Position numbers and translations under genes: made by a program. 64,000 nucleotides of DNA. It comes from the human T2T-CHM13v2.0 reference genome, Homo sapiens. Under the pieces are notes generated by a model. It saw nothing but the letters and a program-made list of their open reading frames with translations. It did not search any database and had not been told where the DNA came from. This document shows positions 40,575-54,520 of this stretch, one piece after another. The stretch lies in NCBI RefSeq assembly GCF_009914755.1, contig NC_060931.1. The stretch is one strand, 5' to 3'. Each line of letters starts with the position of its first letter. Position 1 is the stretch's first letter.

Positions 40575-41259
40575 TGATGACCTAAACAGGTAAACTCTGT
40601 AAAATATTTGCAGAGATTTATTCCGAGCCAAGTATGAGTGACCGTGGCCCATGACACAGCCCTCAGGAGATCCTGAGAACATATGCCCAAAGTGGACAGG
40701 CTACAACTTTGTTTTATACAGTTAGGGAGGCAAAAGACATCAATCACTAAAACTTAAAGTATAATAAAAAAAAAAAAGAAAAAAAAAAGACATCAATCAA
40801 TATAAGATGTATATTGGCTCAGTCCAGAAAGGTGGGACAACTGGAAGGGGGTGCTTTCAGGTCATAGGCAAATTCAAAAATTTTCTGATGGACAATAGGT
40901 TGAGTTATTATCTACAGGCCTGGAATCAATAGAAAGAAATGTCTAGGTTACAATATGGGGTTGTGGAGACCAAGGTTTTATCATGCAGGTAAGCCTCCAG
41001 GTAGCAGGCTTCAGAGAGAATAGATTGTAAATGTTTCCTATCAGATGGAGAGTCTATTAGTCTTAAGGTCTGTGTTGATGTTAATACTGGTCAGTTGGGC
41101 CTGAATTCCAAAAGGAAGGAGGATGTAATGAGGCATGTCCGACTCCCCCTTTCTATCATGGCCTGAATGCGTTTTTCAGGTTAACTTCACAATGCTCTTG
41201 GCCAAGAGAAGGGGTCCATTCAGATGTTGGGGGGCCTGGAATTTTATTTTTGGTTTACA
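40575..41259 (-). mobile_element. MER4-family ERV1 solo LTR
   Basis: Reverse start tgtaaaccaaaaataaaattcca; ctctgtaaaatatttg..gagccaagtatgagtgacc; TSD taat/gaat. Confidence 0.88.
40747..40784 (+). mobile_element. Ultra-truncated young L1PA insertion (~19 nt + poly-A)
   Basis: ctaaaacttaaagtataat + A-tail; perfect 15-bp TSD aaaagacatcaatca. Confidence 0.9.
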
Positions 41260-41297
41260 GAATTCTTAAAATGGTCTTCAAAATTATATATAAATAG

Positions 41298-41697
<400 letters not shown>

Positions 41698-42775
41698 TTA
41701 ACAATTTCCACTCAAAGTTTTAGTGTTTGAGTAACCTGTCCTACTATGTTCCTGGATCCCAGAAAAGTGAAGGACTCAGGATGAAGGCTCACCCAGCGAC
41801 GAGGGGAGAAACTTGGGTTTAGACGTTTGATTGGTGTCCTCAAGAAACCCAGGAAAGTTCCCTGGTTACAGCTTTAGCGTTTAAGCAAGCCATCCATTTA
41901 CAAATTGGAAGCATTTTTAAGTTTGATTGCAGAGAGGCAAGCTGTACCTCTCTCCCTTTGGTGGCCGCATGCCCCAGCATTTTCTGCCAGCACAGATTTA
42001 AAATATTATCTATGTATTCTTCTCTCACAAGAAGGCTGGTGGCTCTCAGTCCAGGTCTTTCCACTTTTCTCTCACACTTCTCTCTTATCTCCTTCCTCTG
42101 CTGCCTTCCCCAAACATCTAGGTAACAGAAAAACATCCGGTGGTCCTAGGAAAAGAAAAAAAAACCGTGGGCTTCCCAAGGCACCACCTCTCAGTCTCCT
42201 GGTACCGACTGGCACAACTCCCAGCAATCTCACCCTCTCTAGGAAGACCTTCACAGTCCATGAGGTGGCTTCATAGAATTTTGAAATCCCCTCCCCTAAA
42301 ATCATCTGGTTCCAGGTTTATTCAAAGAACCGGATTCTACAAAGCACCACGAAGGATAACTTTTTCTCTTTCCATCACTGCCTTTGGTTTTACTGTTTAA
42401 CAGCTTTCTTCTGCGTTTAAGAGCAACCTTTCAGGTCTAGACATGTCAGAAATCAAAACAACATTATTTTTAGGTAAAAGATTAAAAAAAGGTTCAGTCC
42501 TATTACAATCAAAACTGTTATCTCCCATCTCATTTTAAGGTGCTCTCCCTCTCTCCAGCAAGGCCTGGGCCACAGAGCTTTACCCCAGTTCCAGCAATGA
42601 GAATGGATCCGATAAAATCTCTTTTCCTCACCTTCCTTTCCCTGCTTGCTCAACTGCTGCCAGTTTCTGGAGGCAGGAAGGGAGGGAAGAGGAAAAAGTT
42701 TAGGTAATTACTTAACTAGTTCCGGTGCAATGTGGCTACTCAATGCCCTCTGGTTGACATGTGCCCAAATACTAA

Positions 42776-43566
42776 TGAAGCGGGAAAAATTCCCTTATTC
42801 CCTTTGCAGATTATGCCACAGGGGTGTGGCTCGATTCTTTGGTGCCCCGCTGCTCAAACCCCTAGCCGGAACATGCAGATAAGCAGGTCTTGGGGAGCTT
42901 TTTTGGGCTCCAACCCCACAGCAGCATCTAGGGCTGAGTGTTTACAGTTCCCAAAGAAGCCCCAGTGGGCGTGTGCTACAGTTTACTCTTTGAGCTTTGC
43001 CGTCTGCAGGCAGCTGGTGTCAAGCGGCTCAATTAGATCCCTTGACTTATTGCAAGGACAGAGGGCTGTCTGTATCCTGAGTTCTTGTCCCAGGGTACTG
43101 GGAAAATCGAATCACGTGGGCTTGGAGGATGGGTGCAAGGTTTTATTGAGTGGTGGAGGTTGTTCTCAGTGAGGTGGATGAGGAACCAGAAGGGGATGGA
43201 GTGGGAAGGTAGTCTTCCTTGGAGTCGGGCTGCCCAGCGGACAGACTCTCCTCCGACTGCCCCCAACCGAATGCCACGTCGTCCTGCCCTAGATGGCGTG
43301 CCGGTGTCTGCTGGTGTCTGTCAGTGTGCTCTTGTGCCCCTCTGCTCCTCTCAACGTCCAGCCACTTGTGTCTGTGTCCGCTTAAGGTCTTGGGCTTACA
43401 CGGGTACAGGATGGGGGGCGTGGTGGGCCAAAAGGCAACTTTTGGGGCGCAAAAACAGAAATGCTTGTTCTCATTTGCGTCCGTGGGCACAAGCCCGAGG
43501 GTGGAGCCCTTGTCAGGGACCCTGCCCTTCTCTACTCAGCACTTCCCTGCCCCCACTCCCCTGTCA
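42776..43566 (-). mobile_element. ERV1 solo LTR (LTR1/LTR27/LTR28/MER52 group)
   Basis: TG..CA ends, TSD ctaa/ctga, GC-rich; shares aaaacagaaatgc.tgttctca block with the LTR at 22494. Confidence 0.8.
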
Positions 43567-43567
43567 C

Positions 43568-44346
<779 letters not shown>

Positions 44347-44424
44347 CTGACTTCCTTATGGGACACATTGTAGGTTTTCCAGACCTCCGTAGCAGGATTC
44401 TTGACAATGCATCTTTTTCTAAAG

Positions 44425-44643
44425 CAGTGTTTCTCAACCAAGGACAATGTTTGCCCCCACGGCATCATTGGTTAATGTCTTGAGATATCTAAGATCATCA
44501 TGACTGAGAATATGCCACCAGTATCCAGTGAGTAGAGCCCAGAGATGCTGCTAAACATGTTACAATGCACAGAAAGCCTCCACAACAACAACAAAAAACT
44601 ATCTGGTCTAAAATGTTAATACTGTCAAGGTTGGAATACCCTG
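44425..44643 (+). mobile_element. MER20 hAT MITE
   Basis: cagtgtttctcaacc...gtagagcccagagatgctgctaaacat...aaggttggaataccctg. Confidence 0.85.
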
Positions 44644-44688
44644 ATCGCAAGCAAGCAACTCTTTGACTTCCAATTAAAGTGCTTTCCT

Positions 44689-44986
44689 GGCCGAGCACGA
44701 TGGCTCATGCCTGTAATCCCAACATTTTGGGAGGCTGAGGTGGGTGGATCACCTGAGGTCAGGAGTTCCAGACCAGCCTGGCCAACATGGTGAAGCCCCA
44801 TCTCTACTAAAATTACAAAAATTAGCTGGGCGTGGTGGCATGTGCCTATAGTCCTAGCTACTCAGGAGGCTGAGGCAGGAGGATCGCTTGAACCCAGGAG
44901 GCAGAGGTTGCAGTGAGCTGAGGTAGTGCCACTGCACTCTAGTCTGGGCGACAGAGCGAGATTCCATCTCAAAAAAAAAAAAAAAA
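44689..44986 (+). mobile_element. Alu (AluSx-like)
   Basis: Dimer, A-tail. Confidence 0.95.
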
Positions 44987-45354
44987 GATAAAGATATGTA
45001 CGGAATTATTGGGACTTAGACAGCTGCTTATTAACTAATTCTGCCAGGAAGCACTGTAGGCCAACATTGTCATCAAAGAATGATGACTTTTATTTCCTGA
45101 GAGTGACTTTTACAAAAATTTGTAGAACTGGAGTAGGGAAGGATACAATCTAATGTTTATGTATCAAAGAAAGGCTATTTACAAACAAAAGAAGAGAAAA
45201 CTGGGAGCAGAGCAAAGTTTATGTGCTTTCTCCAGTCATTATTTCAACAAATACTCCACTCAGATGTTACCTTCTTACTGAAACCTTCTCTTAAAATAAT
45301 CCCATCACTACCCTATGCCCACTTTCTCTCTATTCCCTCTCCCTACTTTCTCAT

Positions 45355-46873
45355 TAACTTTTTGAGGAACTGTTTTCCAAAGTGACTGAACCATTTTGTG
45401 TTCCCACCAGTGGTGTATGAGGGTTCCAGTTTCTCCATAGCCTTGTCAACACTTGTCATCATCTTCCTTATTTTTGCCATCCTAGTGGGTAAGAAATGGT
45501 ATCTCCTTGTGTTTTTGATTTGTGTTTCCCTAATGACTAATGATGCTGAGCATTTTTTTCATGTGCTTATTGGCCATTTGAATATCTTCTTTGAAAAGAT
45601 ATCTATTCAAATCCTTTGCCCATTTTTTTTTTTTGAGACAGGGTCTCACTGTCACCCGGGTTGGAGTGCAGTAGTGCAATCACGGCTCACTGCAGCCTTG
45701 ACTTCCCAGACTCAAGTGTGACTCTCCCACCTCAGCCTCTTGAGTAGCTGGGACTACAGGCATGTGCCACTGCACCCGGCTATTTTTCTTTTTTTTTCAT
45801 TTCTAGTAGAGATGGGGTTTTGTTATGTTGGCTGGTCTCGCACTCTTGGGCTCAAGCAATCTTCCCGCCTCAGCCTCCCACAATACTAGGAATTACAGGC
45901 GTCAGCCACCATGCCTGGCCCTTTGCCCATTCTGCGGGGGAGGGGAACATTATGGTAGAAGTTTATTCAGAGGCAGAAGAAGGGAACAGTCACTTTTTTA
46001 AATTATAAATTCAGAGGGGTCCATATGCAGGTTTGGTACATAGGTATATTGCATAATGTTAGGGTTTAGGCTTCTAGTGAACTCATCACCCAAATAGTGA
46101 ACACACAATAGATAGTTTTTCAACCCTTGCCTCCCTTCCCCCTCCCTGCTTTTGGAGTCTCAGTGTCCATTGCTTCCATTATTTTTCAAATAGAAGAGCA
46201 TAACAAAGTTATTTTATCACAGCTCATGTGACACAGCCGTCTTCAGAATGAAGACTCAGAGATCCAGGGGAAACTGCCCATGTTTATAAACATTAACATG
46301 GTTCAGCAAAGTATGGAAACATGATTGGACAAAAAGAGTAAGATCAAATGCTCATAGACTGAAAGGAAGAACCCAGCCAGGCCTGTCAGTTCAGATTCTT
46401 CTTGGCATCTCTTAGCAGCATTCCCTTTGCCCATTTTTTTAATTGAGTTTTCTTTTACTGTTTGCTTGTAAGAGTTCTTTATATATTCTGAATACTAGGC
46501 CCTTATCAGATATATGATTTTGCAAATATTTTCTCCCAGAATGTGGGTTGTCTTTCAGTTTCTTGATAGGGCCCTTTGAAGCACAAAACTTTTGAATTTT
46601 TATGAAGCCCAATTTATTATATTTACTTTTCTTTCATTGCTTGTACTTTAGGTCTCATATCTGAGAAACCATGGCCTAATCCAAGGTCACAAAGATTTAC
46701 ACTTATGTTCTCTTATATTTACATCTTTGATCCATTTTGAGTTACTTTTTGTATATGGTGTAAGATGGAGGTCTAACTTCATTCTTTTGCATGTGGATAT
46801 TCAGTTGTTTCACTACCATTTTTTAAGAGTTTTCCTTCCTCCAGATAGTTTTGGCACCCTTGTGAAAATCAAT
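45355..46873 (-). mobile_element. L1MB-like fragment carrying an Alu and a ~490-bp foreign insert
   Basis: ccctaatgactaatgatgctgagcat, cccttatcagatatatgattttgcaaatattttctcc, cattcttttgcatgtggatattcagtt. Confidence 0.85.
45623..45920 (-). mobile_element. Alu (AluJ-like)
   Basis: Reverse dimer; TSD ctttgcccatt. Confidence 0.93.
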
Positions 46874-46961
46874 ACCTTATTGTCTTTATGACACTTATCA
46901 CCATCTGAAATTATATTATTTATTTGTTTATTGTCTACCCTTCCCAAACTCCCTTACTCCC

Positions 46962-47309
46962 TGTATTAGTCTGTTTTCATGTTGCTGATAAAGACATACC
47001 CAAGACTGGGAAGAAAAAGAGGTTTAATGGACTTAAAGTTCCACATGGCTGGGGAGGCCTCACAATCATGGAGGAAGGCAAGGCGGAGCAAGTCACGTCT
47101 TACATGGATGGTGGCAGGCAAAGAGAGAGCGCTCATGCAGGGGAACTCCTCTTTATAAAATGATCAGATCTTGTGAGACTTATTCACTAACAGGAGAACA
47201 GCACAGGGAAGACCTCCCCCCATGATTCGATTATCTCCCACCAGGTCCCTTCCACAACTCATGGGAATTCAAGATGAGATTTGGGTGAGGACACAGCCAA
47301 ACCATATAT
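46962..47309 (-). mobile_element. THE1A/B solo LTR
   Basis: tgtattagtctgttttcatg..gctgataaagacatacccaagactgggaagaaaaagagg; TSD ctccc. Confidence 0.92.
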
Positions 47310-47349
47310 CTCCCCTTCCTCCTACCCCCTGCAAACACACATACAAATT

Positions 47350-47445
47350 CAAATGTACATCTTCTTAAGACAGGAACCTGTCTTATCTACTATTTATCCC
47401 CAGGGACATCGTGGGCACTTAATAAATATTTGTTGAATGAATAAA
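47350..47445 (+). mobile_element. L2 3' end
   Basis: gggcacttaataaatatttgttgaatgaat. Confidence 0.75.
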
Positions 47446-47854
47446 AAGGGCTCCAGTTTTGTTGAAAATTAATGGCCACTGTATGTGTCTATACCCAAGC
47501 GCAGGTAATTACTTCATTTAGGGCAAAAAGATTGTTGAACATTGCCTAAATGAGATTTTATAGCCATTTCCTGGGTTGGATGAGAAGAACCTAATTAGGC
47601 AAGAAATTACCTCATTGGCAGAAAAAAAAATCCAGCAGAGAATTTTAATGAAAATCCAAATGCAAGTGTGAAGGGACTTTCTGAGACCCTCTGCTTGATA
47701 GTCCAATAATACCTCAGTAGGTGTATGGCTTTGGTCAATTCCCCTCACTTCTGAAGGACTTCGTTTACTCACCCCTATATGGGGAGCTCCTGTGCTAAGC
47801 CATCTTGCAGGTCACTGGCAGCAGTAGCATTATATCATTCTAATGTTTTGGATT

Positions 47855-48160
47855 GTTTTTGTTTTTGTTTTTGAGACAGGGTTTCCCTCTGTTGCCCAGG
47901 CTGGAGTGCAGTGGCGTGATCACAGCTCACTGTAGCCTCAACCTCCCACCTCAAGCAATCCTCCCACCTCAGTCTCACAAGTAGCTGGGACTATAGATAT
48001 TCACCATCATATCTGGCTAATGTTTTTTTTTAACAGATGAGGTCTCACTATGATGCCCAGCTGGTCTCAAACTCCTGGCCTCAAGGAATCCTCCTGTCTT
48101 GGCCTCCTCTCCTGCCTTGAAATTACTCTGGGGTTCCAAGAGTAAGCCACTTCGCCCAGC
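47855..48160 (-). mobile_element. Alu (AluJ-like)
   Basis: Reverse dimer; TSD atgttttggatt. Confidence 0.92.
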
Positions 48161-48287
48161 ATGTTTTGGATTCTTTAGAAATAGCATCTGTAATCAATTA
48201 AAGTTAGTCTACTTAAGGACTATAGTTTTCATTTGCAATTTATCTTGCAAAAATATACTGACCAATCTGTTAATTAAAAGTATATGT

Positions 48288-48450
48288 GGTTGGGGAGAGT
48301 GGCACATGCCTATAATCTCAGCTCCTCAGGAAACTGAGGCCAGAGGATCACTTGAGGCCAAGAGTTCGATGCTGTAGTGATGCACCGTGAATGCATCTGT
48401 GAATAGCCACTGCACTCCAGCTTGGGCCACATAGCAAGACCCTTTCACTA
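48288..48450 (+). mobile_element. Alu right monomer (FRAM/AluJ-like)
   Basis: gaggatcacttgaggcc..gtgaatagccactgcactccagc. Confidence 0.8.
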
Positions 48451-49149
48451 AAATATATTTTTTTTTAAAGAGGCTTGATTAAGAGACAATATAAATTTTC
48501 TCTTGAAAACTGTCTGAAATAACTGATCATAAGTACAAAGAATCAGAGACCTCCTTAGAAGAGAGGAGGTAAAACTCTCAGTCAATTGTCTCAAATAGGT
48601 TTTGAAAGGTTTCCCCAGAAGTTTCCTATTTAGAAAGAGCATGCCTGCCCACTAGTGGGCGAATTAAGGAATTGCTCCCTTTTCCGAGAGGCATTCATAA
48701 GGCTCCATCTTGTGGTGAAAACTGTTAATAAGCTTTACTGCTAACACATAATCCATTCCTAAGTAAGACCTAGGCCTGGAAGAGCTCATTCAAAACTCCA
48801 GGGTCTGCAGAAGCCAGAGACGTCAAGGTGTACGGGCGAACATGGCAGCCGTATGACAAAACAAACCAACTGTCAGGAAAATAATCACTGTGTTTATTTT
48901 TCTAAACTAAGACTGCAACCATACCAGATAATGTGTATGTGTATGAATATATATGTGATATTGAAGATTGTATCTTAAATTCAGAATTGAAAAAAAGATA
49001 AAATATAAATATTTCATTTCTAGTATTTTATTTTACAATTTGCTCACTTTTTCTTCAGTACCAATATGTCCTTGTTAAACCTGTGTTAAGTTGTATAATG
49101 AAAACAGAATTCAGCCTTGACTGGGACCCATTAACTAGAAGTGATAATT

Positions 49150-50700
49150 AGTCCTAATTAGTTTAATACTGGGAGAGAGCTGTTCAAAAACGTAGATATT
49201 TTAAAATATGAGTCTTTGCACAACTGTGAAGATATTTGTAGAAGCCTGGCATTCCAGTGTCACTGTACAAAATGTCCAATCCTATATCACACCATGAGTC
49301 ATTTTTCACACTATAAGTAGGAATTGACAAGGTGCATTGAACAATGGGAGGTTATCTTCACAAAGTCTGAAATCAATAAGCCATTTTGAGGAATCAGTTT
49401 TCAGTGTATCACAATTTTTATCACAGGTTTCAGGCCATCAGTTGTATTTCTAGAAACTAATTCCAACCACAGAAAAGAGGACTTAGTAACGATGCCAGAT
49501 ATGCCTTCCTAAAACATTTTTTTTTCTTTTTTTAACACCCTTGGCAGCAGACTCTATTCTACATTTTATAACTGCTTTGTGGATGCCTTTGCGGGGAAAT
49601 ATTCAAAGTGTTTGTCTACCCCAAAGGTCAATTATATGATAACAATCTTCGCTGCTTAACATAAGCAAAGCTTTTTTCCCTCCAATGATGTGAATAAGTT
49701 CATTTCTCTTAACTGTTCAACAATGCTGCTTTGCTTTCAGCCATGACTAAGCCACCCACCCTCTGTGTCATGAGCAGACTGCCATGCTACGTGTCCAATT
49801 CATCACACAGTGCATCCAACACTCTGTGCCTGAAGCCCTACAAGGAGATCCAGCTCACAGTATGAACGCTGTGTTCGGGACATCTTCAATTTTTAGCTTC
49901 TCGCAGAAAGCAATTCCTGCTAAATAATGCAAGCAAGTAGATGTAAAGCCTGTGTCTTTATATAACTTGCCACCTAGAGTTTAAGTTTTATTGCAAGTCT
50001 GATATAAACACTGCTCATCCCAGGAATATCATCCTATAGGCACACAAGTCTTCTGCATTAAATTGTTTGAAAGTTTCCTCTATACACACAAAAAAATTAT
50101 TTTCTTAATCATTTCCTAAGGTTGTGTCTGTCATGAGCACACTGTCCAAAATATTTTTCAGTCATATAAAAATTCTTAACCCCCATGGTGGTTAATAGAG
50201 CTCATTACTACATCTAAATATTACTAAATATGTATCTTCACCAACTGCAATAGCAAATGCCACCATTTAAAAATTTTTTCACATGATTTTTCTTTTCATT
50301 TCTTAGTCACATTTCCATTGCATTGAGCAACAGTATTTCTAGTTACATTTACATTTGCACGTGCTTGTATCTTTTCAGGACACACAATTTCCGCTACATT
50401 CAGTAGATTCTCTTTTACAACTTGCTATCTGTGAAGAATTTGATGTCCCAGGCAGATTTTTTATTTATGACTTCTTATTTCTTAAACAACCAAGACAAAC
50501 CTTGTTGACATTACAATTCTCTCTTCAGCTCCTTAGGTTTTGATCACATGTCTCTTCCATGGCCCTCTTCTTTCTTCTTCCAGTGGTTTGTTTCATAATG
50601 GCACCTACACTGTTTTCTTAAATTACATCTTTTGCCAAATATGCACACAGGAGGGTTCTATGAGGAACACAGGAGGAACATATGACCCCCTCAGTCTATC
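49150..50700 (-). mobile_element. Degraded Charlie-type hAT transposase; ends approximate
   Basis: Minus-strand remnants: RCHYETNH (BED-like RRHYETKH, ~50585-50610) and LCDELDT*HGSLL..TE..WLS.G (~49740-49810, HTEVRWLSRG-like, frameshifted). Confidence 0.65.
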
Positions 50701-50997
50701 TTCCTTTTCCTACTTTTAATAAAGATATGACTACAAGAAATATGCTACTTTTCTAATACTATTGGGTAGATGTGACTTCACACCACCAAAAACCCAGTTC
50801 TGCAAAATGTTATAATTATTTTCCTAATTCAATCTCTGAATTTGGTCTCCTACCACCTGATAAACGATATGTCCTCTTAGTCTTCTTCAGGAAGTCATTC
50901 GGTCACTTCTACAAAGATATTGAGGGCCACTTTTCCTGTTGCCCCAAGTAACCCTGGAGCTCATACTAAAAACCATAAGGGTAAGTCCCCCCAAAGG

Positions 50998-51190
50998 GCA
51001 GTGATTCTCAACCCTGTCCTGCTTCATATAAGAATCACAGTGGGGAGTTTTGAAAATGCCAATGCTTAGCTGTTCTCCAGAACAATTATTCATAATCTTC
51101 GAGGGTGGGACATATGTATAGGTGCTTTGCAAAAGCCCTTCCAGTCATAAGGGTAATTCTAGAATGTGGACAGGGTTGAGAAAAACAGAT
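50998..51190. mobile_element. MER5-type hAT MITE
   Basis: gcagtgattctcaaccctg..ataagaatcac..ggggagttttgaaaatgccaatgc...cagggttgagaa. Confidence 0.75.
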
Positions 51191-52449
51191 CTAAAGAAAG
51201 CAGCCAACAATTGAGGCCAAATATCTACCTGCAAAGCTTAATAAGAGGCAGCAGTACCTGCAAATGGCCAGGATCCCAGCAGCAGCCCTCCACCTGAGTC
51301 TGCACATATAGAAAGATTAGGGAGGAAGAAGGGGGGCCTATGGGAGTTATGGGCAGCAGAGTGAAGAGTTGCTGCAGAGCCTCCTCAAGACTCACATGAG
51401 ATCCTCACAAGACAGCCAACATATGGATATCTGGCACCCGGAAGTCATGGAGGGCCAGATGGTGTTGGCCAGGGGAGCAGCAGCAGCACAAAAGAGTGCA
51501 TTTACAACAGCAGCCAGGGAAATAAAGAGACTCTTCTGCCTGTCCTCTCTCTCATACACTAGCCAAAAACTGAAGAGGGAGAGACGGGTGTCTCAGGGTC
51601 CACCTTGTCTCCTCCCAGTCCTAGCAGATGGGGTGTCAGCTGAAACTGTGCTTGGGGAAAGGCAGAAGATAATACTTAAACCAAATATGAAATTAAACTG
51701 GACTGAGTATTAATAACCAAAAGAAGACGAACATTTGGAACCTGCCCAAGACATTACAATTGGATGGGAAGCACAGAATGGGGCACTGAAACTGGAGGGG
51801 GAGAAACATGTTGTGTTTATCCCTTCTCCTTTCTCCTTCTTGTCTTCCATGAAGGACACCTATGCTCCTTGGGAGTCACTCAAAGATTTGGCATGAAGGT
51901 GGGATGTAGAGTCTATACTGTGGTCATTCCTGTCCTTACGTTGATGTCAATTCACGTGTCCACACTTTGATCTCATGCTTGTAAAGTCTCCTTGATATGG
52001 CCACTAGACCCCATGGAATCCGATAACTCCCTTAGCAGATTTCCAAACTCCTTCTGTGAACACAAGGAAGGTTGAACAGCTCTCCCAAGTGTGGACAGGC
52101 TGCAGGGGACTCAGGGGCCCTCTTGCAGCCTGTCTGCCTTTGACACCCCCATGCAGCCATGAGCAGTGGGCCAAGATGTGGGACCCCTTCAAAAGAGATC
52201 CTTACCTTCTCTAGCTCTTTCCTGCCTCCTCTTCTTTCATTCCTCTCCAACTGGGAAAGCATTTTCTAGTCTACATGGTAGTGATGGAGAGAGATGTGAA
52301 AGAAAAATGTTTCCCTGGAAACATTGGAAGAATAGGTGTATTCTTCCAATCTGTTCTATCCTATGCCTGGACCAAAGCTTTTAAACTTCGTAGCCAAGAA
52401 TTTGAAACTTTTGTTCCTTGAAGACCCCCATGAGAACTTCTCTAAAGCA

Positions 52450-52836
<387 letters not shown>

Positions 52837-53431
52837 CTATAAATGTGGCACTGTGAGTGCCTTGGAGTTGTCAGCCCAGACTGCCAGCTTGCATTGAGCC
52901 TCAGCAATAGTCCCACACCCCAATGGCTGATCCCCTCCCTGCTCCTCTTGCCTGAGCCTCTGGGGCTGCAGGCAGACCCTGCCCAAGATCTCCTTCTGTT
53001 CCCACCTCTTAAAATCAGAGAAAAACATGAATGAAGACCAATAGAAAACAGTACCAGAACAATGGAAGTCAACGATTGTGTGCCAGAAATTTGGGGAGAT
53101 ATCATTTATTACAAACTTGCATATGTTGGGACAAAATAAACCAAAAAGTGAGTTTGATGCTTTGGAATACGTGAAAGCTGCTGACAAATACTACTGTCCT
53201 CAATTAAGAGAACTAACCAAAGTTAATGAGTCTCTTACAGGAGATGCAGAACCTGCCAACAAATCTCGTTTCCAGTTCTGACTATTATGAATAAAGCTGC
53301 TGTGAGCATTTTTGTACAAATCTCCGTGTTGACATAAGTTTTAATTTCCCTAAATAATGCTTTCTTAATTTTGAAATATATTGCTTTGCCTGGTGCTTAT
53401 TTCTATACAAATAATAAATCTCTACTTCCTT

Positions 53432-53735
53432 ATTTAATTAATTTATTTATTTTTGAGACACGGTCTGGCTCTGTCACCCAGGCTGGAGTGCAGTAGCTCC
53501 ATCTCAGCTCACTGAGACCTCCGCCTCCCAGGCTCAAGGATCCTCCCACCTCAGCCTCTCGAGTAGTTGAGACCACAGGTGCATGCCACCATGCCCAGAT
53601 AATTTTTTGTATTTTTGGTAGAGAAGGGGTTTCACTATGTTGCCCAGCCTGACCTCAAACCCCTGAGCTCAAGCAATCCTCCTCCTCAGCCTCCCAAAGT
53701 GCTAGGATTGCGGGCATGAGCCACTGCGCCCAGCC
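53432..53735 (-). mobile_element. Alu (AluJb-like)
   Basis: Reverse dimer; TSD acttccttattta. Confidence 0.93.
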
Positions 53736-53859
53736 AACTTCCTTATTTTAAATAAAATTAATTTGGGGTGGGGAAACCCATTTTTATCATTCATCAATTT
53801 ATATTATTAAAAAATATAATGGACCAAGGCCCAAAATATAATGGACCAAGGTGTGAAGG

Positions 53860-54150
53860 ATGGTAGCTCACACCTATAGTCCCAGTATTTTCGGAGGCTG
53901 AGATGGGAGGATTGCTTGAGCCCAAGAATTCAAGATCAGCCTAGCCAACATGGCGAAACTCTGTCTCTACAAAAAATACAAAACTTAGCCAGGTGTGTTG
54001 GCATGCATCTGTAGTCCCAGCTACTCAGGTGGCTGAAGTGTGGGGATCACCTGAGCTATGGAGGTCAAGGCTGCAGTGAGCCATGATTACACCACTGCAC
54101 TCCAGCCTGGGTGATAGAGTGAGACCCAGTCTCAAAAAGAAAAATAATCA
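53860..54150 (+). mobile_element. Alu (AluJ-like)
   Basis: Dimer with degenerate 5' end. Confidence 0.92.
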
Positions 54151-54164
54151 AATAAAAATAACAG

Positions 54165-54520
54165 GGTAAGCACACTGGAAAATGATAACTGGCACTCAGC
54201 TTCTGTGTCAAGAAGACACTAGGAATTAGTATTGTCAACAAACTGAAAAGTATATACCTTGTTTAAAATGGGCAGCCATTACTCAGCTTCAGCCAGTTCA
54301 CTATGAAGACCCAATACTGCCAAATCTTCTAATTTTTCAAGAGAAGATAGATTTTTTGTGCATGCATATAAGTAATCTCCTAAGTTTAAATGTTTGCCAA
54401 TAGAACCCCTCAAAAAGAAAAGTTACACACTGGTGGATTAATGCTGTACAGCATTAACCAATGCAAGGTAAAATGACTACAGGCCAAATCTGACCCAAGG
54501 CTCATTGGTTTCCAGCTAAG
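54165..54520 (+). mobile_element. MER45-like hAT MITE remnant
   Basis: actcagcttcagcc...atactgccaaatcttctaatttttcaagagaag...ggccaaatctgaccc. Confidence 0.5.
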
